Part shown: piece by piece, positions 1 to 8,009 of the stretch
Numbering within the stretch: position 1 is the first letter of the stretch
How the letters are laid out: each line of letters starts with the position of its first letter
DNA from: Spirochaetales bacterium
GTDB lineage: Bacteria > Spirochaetota > Spirochaetia > DSM-27196 > SLST01
Direction: 5' to 3'
Assembly: GCA_046538735.1 (NCBI GenBank)
Contig: JBKHII010000004.1
Location: forward strand, 34,393 to 98,392
Length of the DNA stretch: 64,000 nt
Program-made: the position numbers and the translations under genes
Notes under the pieces: generated by a model
Seen by the model: only the letters and a program-made list of their open reading frames with translations
What the model was told of the DNA's origin: nothing
The model's database searches: none

Positions 1-340
1 CGGTCGAATCGAGTGAGGCCCGAAACTCCTCGAGATCCATTGTGGGCAGCTCCAGGCTGTCTATCAAGATGACATTCTCTTCCTCGATCGCATAGGCCCC
101 GTGGACCATTTCTCCGTTCAGTCGAAGCAGCTCTTCGAAGAACGCCTCACGGTCCTCGGTCGGCACCTCCATGACTTTCGCCCGTAGCGTCACGAGATCG
201 TCCTGAACGTAGACGACGACCGATGAGAGGCCGTTCGCTTCGTCGGAGACGACCCAGAGGTTCTCACCGACTTCCTCGTACACCAGCTCGAGATTGATGA
301 AGAAACCCTCGAGCTTCTCTTTGGCTGACGTTGACATCAT
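1..340 (-). CDS. CesT/YbjN-like (type III chaperone fold) protein, 3' end runs off the window
   Basis: Own translation of the minus strand from ATG at 340 (GGAG upstream): MMSTSAKEKLEGFFINLELVYEEVGENLWVV...REAFFEELLRLNGEMVHGAYAIEEENVILIDSLELPTMDLEEFRASLDS. Small acidic protein with an LLRLN...HGAYA pattern. Confidence 0.65.
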   Translation of the reverse strand, partial: MMSTSAKEKLEGFFINLELVYEEVGENLWVVSDEANGLSSVVVYVQDDLVTLRAKVMEVPTEDREAFFEELLRLNGEMVHGAYAIEEENVILIDSLELPTMDLEEFRASLDST

Positions 341-389
341 GCGGCTCCTAGCTCTGCAAACCATCGGATGCCGTGATCGGCACCCGCAT

Positions 390-941
390 CTATCCGAGGA
401 AAACCTGCCCGGCGGTATCGATCGCGAGAATCGTCTTGCACTCCGAACAGCGGAAACGACCCGCCTTTGTTGCCTTGAGTTTCTTCCCGCAGATCGGGCA
501 CTTGAAGATCTTCGGGAAGACATCCGAACGCTGCGTGGTTCCGCCCTTGGAGAAGAACTCCACGGCCTCATCCAGGCTGTCCTTGATGTTGAAGAACTGC
601 GAGAATCCGAGCAACTGGAAAACCTCGTAGACCTTGGGTTGGATCTCGAGCAGGACGAGGTCGCCGCCGCGTGGCCGTACGGACTTGAGAAACGCGGTGA
701 ACGAACCGATGCCGGTGCTGGAAACATAGTTCAGCCCGGCGCAATGAAAGATCAGCCGCGTGAACCCGACTTCGATCGCACGATTCACCCGTTTCTGGAA
801 GAAGTTACTGTTGTAGGTATCAATATAGCCGGTGAGAAACAGAACGAGACCGCCCTCCACGTTGTCTATCTGCTGGAGTTTGATTTTCAGGCTGTCGTCT
901 TTCTCTTCGTCAAACCCTGCGACGATATCGTTGTTGGCCAT
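390..941 (-). CDS. STAS anti-sigma factor antagonist with C-terminal zinc ribbon
   Basis: LTGYIDTYNS...LNYVSSTGIG STAS motif with phosphorylatable Ser; C-terminal CPIC...CSEC; GGAG RBS. Confidence 0.9.
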   Translation of the reverse strand: MANNDIVAGFDEEKDDSLKIKLQQIDNVEGGLVLFLTGYIDTYNSNFFQKRVNRAIEVGFTRLIFHCAGLNYVSSTGIGSFTAFLKSVRPRGGDLVLLEIQPKVYEVFQLLGFSQFFNIKDSLDEAVEFFSKGGTTQRSDVFPKIFKCPICGKKLKATKAGRFRCSECKTILAIDTAGQVFLG

Positions 942-999
942 GGTTCTCCTTCGGATCCCGAACGTGGGCGGGTCGGTTTTTACATATTTGCCCGATCAC

Positions 1000-1028
1000 A
1001 TATTATGAGAGCGCCCGGGCTTTGTCAA
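1000..1028 (-). promoter_or_regulatory. sigma70-type promoter for the STAS gene
   Basis: Minus strand TTGACA (1028-1023), 17-nt spacer, TAATAT (1005-1000). Confidence 0.6.
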
Positions 1029-1159
1029 ACTTCGCGCTCGTGGGCCGAGACCTTCGAATCTACCACGGAACTGTCCTGCTCTCCGGGTACAGAGTGGTCA
1101 AAGCCGACGGTTCACACAGCCGTATGCCGCTGCTATACTGGAAAAAGCAAGGAGGCGCT

Positions 1160-1657
1160 GTGCGAAAGGCCGTCCAACTACTGCTCGTTGTCTTGATGGT
1201 CGCTTCAGGGCTCCCCGGATTCGCCCAGGAGACTCCTTCCCCGGTGACCCCCGATCAATTCGAGCGCGTCATCAACTTCGCCGATTCGATCCAGACGCTC
1301 TCCGAGCTCGTCCAGGAGCAGCGGTTCGACGAGATCGATCTCTCCCGCTATTTCATCCTCAAAGGAACGGTCGCCTCCACTCAGGTCTACAGTCCCGATC
1401 CGGAAACCTTCCAGGCCATGATCGAGCTCGTGTCGAGCCGGTGGGTGGGACTCGAAGAGATCGAGGTTCATCGCATCTTCATCCTGGTGGACGACCCAAG
1501 CTACGCACCGCGTCTTCCCGAACGCCTACCTCGCGACCCCGGGCCGCAGATCATCCGGCCGAACCAGGAGCTGCTCGTGATCGGGCCCTTTGAAGGCTAC
1601 GGAGAGCTCGAACCGGACGTGTTGGTGCCCGTCGTGCGAGCCGTCAGGATACGGTAG
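1160..1657 (+). CDS. Exported hypothetical protein
   Basis: GTG at 1160 after AAGGAGG; signal peptide ending GFA-QE; TTCACA-17-TATACT promoter upstream. Confidence 0.7.
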   Translation: MRKAVQLLLVVLMVASGLPGFAQETPSPVTPDQFERVINFADSIQTLSELVQEQRFDEIDLSRYFILKGTVASTQVYSPDPETFQAMIELVSSRWVGLEEIEVHRIFILVDDPSYAPRLPERLPRDPGPQIIRPNQELLVIGPFEGYGELEPDVLVPVVRAVRIR

Positions 1658-1662
1658 CACCA

Positions 1663-2799
1663 CTACCCGAGCGTCAGGTCCCGTGCGCGGATCACCTTCC
1701 CCGTCGCGTCTATCATCGCCCGACAGACGACGTTCCGAAGCTCACGCACATTCCCAGGCCACGCGTACTCGGAGAGATACTCGAGCGCGTCCGCCGCGAA
1801 TCGCTCGGCGCTGGAGCTCACTCCCTCTCCCGCGAGGCGACTCATCAGATGGGGAACGAGAATCGGGATGTCCTCCCGACGGTCGCGCAGCGGCGCTACC
1901 TCGATCCGCAAGACGTCTATCCGGTAGTAGAGATCGTCTCTGAACCGGCCCTCCTCGCGCAGGCGGCGAAGGTCGCAGTTCGTCGCCACGACGATTCGTG
2001 CGCTCGTGCGCCGCGGGTGGGTGCCGCCGACCCGGTGGTAGGTGCCCGTCTCGAGCACCCGGAGCAGCTTCACCTGCGCCTGAGGGTTCAGCTCGCCAAT
2101 CTCGTCGAGGAAGAGCGTGCCGGCGTTGGCCAGCTCGAAAGCCCCGGGTCGGCATACCGCACCCGTGTACGCGCCCTTCTCCGTCCCGAAGAGCTCGGAC
2201 TCGAACAAGGTATCCGGAAAGGCGCCGCAGTTGCGCGCTTCGAACGGCCCGGCGGACATCGCCGAGAGACTGTGGATCGCTCTCGCAACGAGCTCCTTCC
2301 CGACGCCGCTCTCGCCGGTGATGATCACCGGCGCCGCCTGCTGCGCAACCCGACGGATCCCGCTGCGGAGCTCCAGCATGCACGAGCTCGATCCAACGAT
2401 GTCCGGTACCGCGAGATGCGCGTCCACCGAAACGGATCGCTGCTGGCGCGCGAGGGCGCGCGTCACGGCGTGGTGAAGATCGCGGTCACGGAGGGGGTGC
2501 GCGAGCACGTCGCACGCGCCTCTTTGAACGGCGTCCACGACGCGTCGCAGGTTGACCGATCCGATCATGGCAACGACCGAAGAGCAACCGGCGCCGAGGC
2601 TCATTTCGCCGAGCAGACCCATCGAATCGCACGCCTCGTCGTCCACGTTCAGAAAGACGACGTCGGGGGCGTGCTCCCGAACGTAGTCCATCGCCAGTCC
2701 CAGATGCTCGTAGTGCTCGACTCGATGCGTGGTTCCCAGAAGATGACTGATCACGCGATAGGACGTCCTCTCGGTATCAATTACGACCATCTGAGCCAC
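1663..2799 (-). CDS. Sigma-54 enhancer-binding protein (NtrC family) with degenerate receiver and no HTH
   Basis: Walker A GESGVGKE, GAYTGA loop, Walker B LFLDEIGE, FRDDLYYR, WPGNVRELRN; GTG start after GGAG. Confidence 0.9.
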   Translation of the reverse strand: MAQMVVIDTERTSYRVISHLLGTTHRVEHYEHLGLAMDYVREHAPDVVFLNVDDEACDSMGLLGEMSLGAGCSSVVAMIGSVNLRRVVDAVQRGACDVLAHPLRDRDLHHAVTRALARQQRSVSVDAHLAVPDIVGSSSCMLELRSGIRRVAQQAAPVIITGESGVGKELVARAIHSLSAMSAGPFEARNCGAFPDTLFESELFGTEKGAYTGAVCRPGAFELANAGTLFLDEIGELNPQAQVKLLRVLETGTYHRVGGTHPRRTSARIVVATNCDLRRLREEGRFRDDLYYRIDVLRIEVAPLRDRREDIPILVPHLMSRLAGEGVSSSAERFAADALEYLSEYAWPGNVRELRNVVCRAMIDATGKVIRARDLTLG

Positions 2800-2927
2800 G
2801 AAAAAACTCCAGCAGCCGAGACTACTACGGGATGCGGTACCGGTCAAGGAAACTACGTATATCCATACGTAATTTCCTGCATGAATTCTCCCTTGCGCGG
2901 CTCACCGTCCAGCGAGTAAGCTCTCGT

Positions 2928-3374
2928 ATGGATCGCCGGCCCCTGCTCTACGGCCTCGTCAACTCGGACACGATGCTTCGGGCGATGCTTGCAGGGCTGC
3001 TTGTTGCGCTCCTGCTGCTCGCGGACGGGTACGTCCTCGTACTCCTCTCGCGGCGCCTCGGAATCTACCTTCTCCTCGCGTGCGCGGCCTCAACCGGACT
3101 GGTCGGCATACTGGTGATTGCATCCGCCCACCGAGCGGAGATCGATTCAATGCGCGCCGCCGTGGGTTCGGGCGACTATCCGCAACGCCAGTTCCGCCGG
3201 TTGATACCGCTCGCGACGTCCGCCGCGCTGCTCCTGATACCCGGCTTCGTCACGGACACACTCGGTGTGCTACTCCTCGTTCGACCGGTCGGCTGGGTCG
3301 TGGGCGCGTTGATCGAACGTCGATATCGGGACAGATTCCGAACCCTCTACGAGCATCTGCGAGTTCACCACTGA
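2928..3374 (+). CDS. fxsA: FxsA family membrane protein
   Basis: LLLIPGFVTDTLGVLLL signature; hydrophobic, about 148 aa. Confidence 0.8.
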   Translation: MDRRPLLYGLVNSDTMLRAMLAGLLVALLLLADGYVLVLLSRRLGIYLLLACAASTGLVGILVIASAHRAEIDSMRAAVGSGDYPQRQFRRLIPLATSAALLLIPGFVTDTLGVLLLVRPVGWVVGALIERRYRDRFRTLYEHLRVHH

Positions 3375-3393
3375 GCCGAACGCCGGAAACGGC

Positions 3394-4152
3394 CTACAGA
3401 CGGAAGAGCTTGAAGATACCGAGCGTGAGCAGGAACCAGAGATAGACGAAGAGCCTGAGCCCGCGCCACGGTCTGCGAAGCAGATCGGGAACGAAGTCGA
3501 GACCCCGTTTGAACGCGGTGCGGGATCCGCGGGCGCGCCGCTCCGAGAAGATATCGAATACCTCCGACGAGTAGAGAAACACGCTCGGACTGAGCCGCGA
3601 GCGATGACGCGCCACCCACCGGTCGCCGCCGGGAGCGCCGGCACCCACGAGGACAAAGTCGGGATTCGCTTTGCGAATCGCGGTGATGATATCCGGTTCA
3701 ACGTGCTTCCCGTAGTAGCCGGTGTACCGCCCAACGAAGCGGAGCCCCGGAAACGTCTCGCGCAGGTTCTGCTCGACTGTCCGGAGCGCCGGCGCCGAGC
3801 CGCCGAGCAGATACACCGAACGGCTGCGCTGCTCGAGCGCGCCGAGAACACGGATCACGAAGTCGAACGGCATGTAGCGATGGGGACGCCGTCTGCGAAG
3901 GAAGCGCGCGGCGAACACGATGCTCTTTGAGACGGGAATGACGAGATCGGCGTCACGCAGACAGGCGCGATACGAACGGTCGCGGCGGGCGCGCATGAAG
4001 TCCCACCACCGGATGAGCGCGATCTGAGCCACGCCGTCCTTCGCAACGAGATCATCGATTGCCGAGGATAACTGCTCCTCGTCCAATACGTCGACCGCAA
4101 CACGCATGACGTCGAGTCGCCGTACGTCCGTTACGGACTTGCCGGTTGCCAC
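3394..4152 (-). CDS. WecB/TagA/CpsF family glycosyltransferase (GT26)
   Basis: VYLLGG...FPGLRFVGRYTGYY...IRKANPDFVLVGAG pattern. Confidence 0.85.
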   Translation of the reverse strand: MATGKSVTDVRRLDVMRVAVDVLDEEQLSSAIDDLVAKDGVAQIALIRWWDFMRARRDRSYRACLRDADLVIPVSKSIVFAARFLRRRRPHRYMPFDFVIRVLGALEQRSRSVYLLGGSAPALRTVEQNLRETFPGLRFVGRYTGYYGKHVEPDIITAIRKANPDFVLVGAGAPGGDRWVARHRSRLSPSVFLYSSEVFDIFSERRARGSRTAFKRGLDFVPDLLRRPWRGLRLFVYLWFLLTLGIFKLFRL

Positions 4153-4910
4153 TGGGCACGCTCCAGTATGAGAATTCGAATCGCAGCGGCTGCGAAGAGC
4201 CCCGCGCTCTCTGCGCGCAACACCTGCGGACCGAGCCAGAGCGACGAGAAACCCGCGCGAAGAAGGTAATCGACTTCCGGAGGCGAGAACCCGCCTTCCG
4301 GGCCGACAACGAGCTCGATCGCTCTCGGAACCTCGCCAAGATAGCCGTGAAGCGAGGTCTGTGCAAGGGGCTCGGGATGGAGAAACAAGGATAGCGCCGA
4401 CGCCGAGGGTTGAACGCGCCCGAGCGACTCCGGCTCGAGCACCCGCGCCGGCTGTCCGGCGCCGCTTTGTTGCACCGCCTCACGGGCGATGCGCTGCCAC
4501 CGATCAAGTCGCGCGCCGCCGCCCTCGGGGCGAACGATGGTTCGCTCGGTCACGATGGGCACGACGGTCGTCACGCCCGCCTGCACGAGCTGCCGGAGCG
4601 GCTCGTCGAACTTGCGCCCCTTCGGGATCGCCTGGTACAGCGTGACAGGAGGAAGGTCGACGACCGTTCCGAGCCCGACCGCGGGCTCGCCGTCGTCATC
4701 CGAGTCGGCCGGCTCGTCCAACCGAATGAGAAAGCGGTCCCCTGCATCGTCCACGACGCAACCGGTCCACCGACGAGCCGCGTCGTCCAGCACCGGGAAG
4801 GTATCGCCGGGGCCCAGGCGAAGGACGCGGGCGAGGTAGTGGTGGTCCTCGCCCGCGATCTCGACCTGCTCCCCCGCGCTGCGCTCGCCCGACAGCAGCA
4901 GTTGCCGCAT
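4131..4910 (-). CDS. rsmE: 16S rRNA m3U1498 methyltransferase
   Basis: HYLARVLRL, EAVQQS, VGPEGGFS, LGPQVLRAESA motifs. Confidence 0.95.
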   Translation of the reverse strand: MRQLLLSGERSAGEQVEIAGEDHHYLARVLRLGPGDTFPVLDDAARRWTGCVVDDAGDRFLIRLDEPADSDDDGEPAVGLGTVVDLPPVTLYQAIPKGRKFDEPLRQLVQAGVTTVVPIVTERTIVRPEGGGARLDRWQRIAREAVQQSGAGQPARVLEPESLGRVQPSASALSLFLHPEPLAQTSLHGYLGEVPRAIELVVGPEGGFSPPEVDYLLRAGFSSLWLGPQVLRAESAGLFAAAAIRILILERAQWQPASP

Positions 4911-6367
4911 CAGCGCCGCGAGACCTCACCGGCGCGCAGCAATCGCACCGCATCCTGAAGCACTTCGTCGAACTCCAGGTCGTATACCATCTGAACGTTC
5001 TGCTGCCGGTTGATCTCGTCGCGAATCGTGATCTCGATCCATCGGTCGCGAAGATCGAACCCGTCGTCCTGGAGCTCCTCCACGAACGCGTCGATCTCCG
5101 CCTCGGTCGCCTGGAGATTCGCGGTCACCCATTCACCCACGCGGTTGCTCGTGATGAGCTGGGCGTACTCGTCCGCCTCATCTTCCGTGAGCTTCGGGGG
5201 TTCCACGACGAGATCGGGATCCACGCCGGCCTCGTCGATGTACCTGCCGCTGGGCAGGTAGTAGCGCGACATCGTCAACCGGAAGCCGCCGTTGCCGATC
5301 TGGCGGACCTGCTGCACGCTACCCTTTCCGTAAGTCGTCTGGCCCACGAGATAGGCGCGGTCGCGGTCCTGCAGCGTCCCGGCGAGAATCTCTGCGGCGC
5401 TCGCGGAGCCGCCGTCGATGAGGACGACGATCGGAAGATCGTCGTCCACGGCGATCCCACGGTCGGCGGTAAACCGTTCGTTCTCCCCCGGGACGCGACC
5501 GGACGTGCCCACGATCGTGCCGCGCTCGAAGAAGAGATCCGCAACGTCCACGACGCTGTCCAGAACGCCACCGGGATTCGAGCGCAGGTCGATGATCATG
5601 CTCTCGAAGTCGTTGGATTCAAAGAAGTCGATCGCTTCCAGCACGCGCTCCTCGGTTCGCGGAGTGAACTGGATGATGCGCAGGAAACCGATCTCGCCCG
5701 GAATCATCTCGAACTTCACCGTGGGTACCTCGATGATCGCGCGCTCGAGCGTGAGCGGGAATTCCGCCCGCGACCCGCGCCGAATACGAATCGTGACCTC
5801 GGTGCCCGGGGTGCCGCGCAGTTGATTCACGACTTCGTCTATCGTGAGGCCGTTGGTACTCGTGAACTCCTCGTCCGACTCGTCGCGTATGCCCACGATG
5901 AGGTCGCCGGCTCGCACGCCGGCTCGAAAGGCGGGTGTATCCTCGATCGGGGAGACGACCTCTACGAACCCGGCGGCCTCGTCGTCCTCCTCGGTCTGCT
6001 CCTTGGCGATGTACATGCCCACGCCGCCGAACTCTCCGGCGGTCGTATCGGTGAGCGCGCGCATTTCGTCGGCGTCCAGGTATGCCGAGTACGGATCGTC
6101 CAGACTCTCGAAGAGGCCTTCGAGCGCTCCTTCGAGCAAGACGTCGGGATCCACCTCTTCAACGTAGTTCTGCTGCACGAACCGAAGGACGCTCTCGAAC
6201 ACGTCCACAATGCGGTCGGTTTCCGAATGTTGTTGCGCGAAGACGTTCGGGGCGAACGCAACGGCGAGAACGGCCGTGATGAGCACGACCGAAACGGTGC
6301 CCCACACCGCCCGTTCACGCAGTTTCCGCCTGTGCGTTGCCTCATTCCCTGATTGATCGTATGCCAT
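4910..6367 (-). CDS. ctpA: S41 carboxyl-terminal processing protease
   Basis: LDDPYSAY, PDZ, DLRSNPGG, SASAAEI (catalytic Ser), TYGKGSVQ (Lys); start chosen at ATG 6367. Confidence 0.93.
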   Translation of the reverse strand: MAYDQSGNEATHRRKLRERAVWGTVSVVLITAVLAVAFAPNVFAQQHSETDRIVDVFESVLRFVQQNYVEEVDPDVLLEGALEGLFESLDDPYSAYLDADEMRALTDTTAGEFGGVGMYIAKEQTEEDDEAAGFVEVVSPIEDTPAFRAGVRAGDLIVGIRDESDEEFTSTNGLTIDEVVNQLRGTPGTEVTIRIRRGSRAEFPLTLERAIIEVPTVKFEMIPGEIGFLRIIQFTPRTEERVLEAIDFFESNDFESMIIDLRSNPGGVLDSVVDVADLFFERGTIVGTSGRVPGENERFTADRGIAVDDDLPIVVLIDGGSASAAEILAGTLQDRDRAYLVGQTTYGKGSVQQVRQIGNGGFRLTMSRYYLPSGRYIDEAGVDPDLVVEPPKLTEDEADEYAQLITSNRVGEWVTANLQATEAEIDAFVEELQDDGFDLRDRWIEITIRDEINRQQNVQMVYDLEFDEVLQDAVRLLRAGEVSRR

Positions 6368-6404
6368 GCAGCTCAAGTATACTGTCACTCGATTGTACAT
6401 TCTA

Positions 6405-6433
6405 TTGACCGCGGCCTACTCGCGCCGTACACT
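6405..6433 (+). promoter_or_regulatory. sigma70 promoter, probably leaderless for the 6441 gene
   Basis: TTGACC (6405-6410), 17 nt, TACACT (6428-6433), 7 nt, ATG 6441; no SD. Confidence 0.65.
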
Positions 6434-6440
6434 CCGCCGC

Positions 6441-6866
6441 ATGGGTGGACACCGTATCGCCATGATAGGAGGGGGCGTCTGGAGCCTCTTCCGATTCGTC
6501 GTCGTCACCCTGCTCGTCCTACGGCTCGTCCCTGAGGATCCGCTCTTCAGGCACAATGTGCTCTGGGTCGGCGCGCCGGCGCTGGTGATCACTGCGCTCT
6601 TCCTGGGAAGCGCATTCTTCCGGCACGCGGCGCGGCACTACGTGCCGCTGCTTCGGATCGGCATGCTGATCGCCGCAGTCACGGACGCCATCGTCGTTCT
6701 CACGGGCAGCTACGTGCCCGCCGCCGAGCGCGCCGGAATAGCTGTGGGCGAGGTATCGCGCCTCATCTTCATTATCACGTATGGGATTCTGGCGGTCGAC
6801 TTGCTCATCTTCGCGGGCCTGATATCATATGGAGACATGGAGCGAACGCGCGGGGAGGCGGAGTAG
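6441..6866 (+). CDS. Hypothetical membrane protein (about 4 TM)
   Basis: Four hydrophobic segments; stop overlaps the start of the next gene. Confidence 0.7.
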   Translation: MGGHRIAMIGGGVWSLFRFVVVTLLVLRLVPEDPLFRHNVLWVGAPALVITALFLGSAFFRHAARHYVPLLRIGMLIAAVTDAIVVLTGSYVPAAERAGIAVGEVSRLIFIITYGILAVDLLIFAGLISYGDMERTRGEAE

Positions 6867-8005
6867 TGCAGATTCTCCCGATTGCGAGCGGGAAAGGCGG
6901 AGTCGGCAAGTCGCTTCTGGCGGCGAACCTCGCGATCGTCCTTTCGCGAGCAGGTAAGGACGTCGTTCTCGCGGACCTCGATTTCGGAGGATCGAACCTC
7001 CACCTCATTCTCGGCGTGCGCGGCGTGAGCGCGGGCGTGGGCGCGGTCGTCAACAACCCGGACGTCGACTTTGCGGACGTGGTCCTGGAGACCGAGTACG
7101 AGAATCTCCGGTTCATTCCGGGCGACGGCGAGATCCCGGGAATCGCCAACCTGGGAGCGGGACAGAAGCGAAAGCTGATCCGACGCCTCCGGTCGCTCGA
7201 AGCGGATTATCTGGTCCTGGACCTGGGAGCCGGGACGAGCTACAACGTGATGGACTTCTTCCTGCTGTCACGGCAGGGCATCGTCGTAACCACGCCTACC
7301 CCCACGGCGCTCGTGAACGCGTACCTCTGCATCAAGAACGCGCTCTTCCGCCTGCTGAACACATCGTTCAAGCGGGGAAGCGACGCGGATCAGGCGCTGA
7401 AGCAGATCACGAAGGACACCGAGCATCTGCAGCGTGTCTATCTGCCCGACCTCGTGTCGCGCCTGGAGAAGTTCGACCCGGAGAGCGTGGCGCGATACCG
7501 CACCACGGCGGGCATGTTCCGGCCACGACTCGTGCTCAACATGCTGGACGACCCGAAGGATGCGGACAAGGTGACGCGGCTTCGCCACAGTTGCTCCCAG
7601 TACCTGGGTCTCGAGCTCGAGCATCTCGGCGTCATGTATCGTGACGATCTGCAGGACATCTCGCTCGGAGCACGTCTCCCAATCGTGCTGTACAAGCCGA
7701 ACAGCGTTCTGTCGCAGGCGATCTTCCGCATCGGAGACAAGATCATGGAGCTCGCTTCCGAGGACGAGGAGGGCTGGTTCAGCTCGGACGAGAGCTTCGA
7801 AGTCGCGGAGGCGGAAGCGGAAGCCGACTTCGAGATCAAGAGCGACTACGTGAATGAGCTGCTCCATACGGGGGCGCTCAGCCACGGAGATCTGCTCGAG
7901 ACCGTGAAGTCGCAGCAGATCGAGATCAACCAGCTCAGAAAACAAAACGACCTCCTGAAAGCGAAACTCGTGAAAGCGGCGAACCAGGGGTTCGACGTTC
8001 GGTAA
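6866..8005 (+). CDS. MinD/FlhG(FleN)-like P-loop ATPase with C-terminal coiled coil
   Basis: Deviant Walker A SGKGGVGKS, DLDFGGSNL, LDLGAG. Confidence 0.9.
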   Translation: MQILPIASGKGGVGKSLLAANLAIVLSRAGKDVVLADLDFGGSNLHLILGVRGVSAGVGAVVNNPDVDFADVVLETEYENLRFIPGDGEIPGIANLGAGQKRKLIRRLRSLEADYLVLDLGAGTSYNVMDFFLLSRQGIVVTTPTPTALVNAYLCIKNALFRLLNTSFKRGSDADQALKQITKDTEHLQRVYLPDLVSRLEKFDPESVARYRTTAGMFRPRLVLNMLDDPKDADKVTRLRHSCSQYLGLELEHLGVMYRDDLQDISLGARLPIVLYKPNSVLSQAIFRIGDKIMELASEDEEGWFSSDESFEVAEAEAEADFEIKSDYVNELLHTGALSHGDLLETVKSQQIEINQLRKQNDLLKAKLVKAANQGFDVR

Positions 8006-8009
8006 GGCA

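Noticed and set aside
1-340. Type III secretion system
   Set aside because: Only a chaperone-fold gene is present; no injectisome components are in the window.
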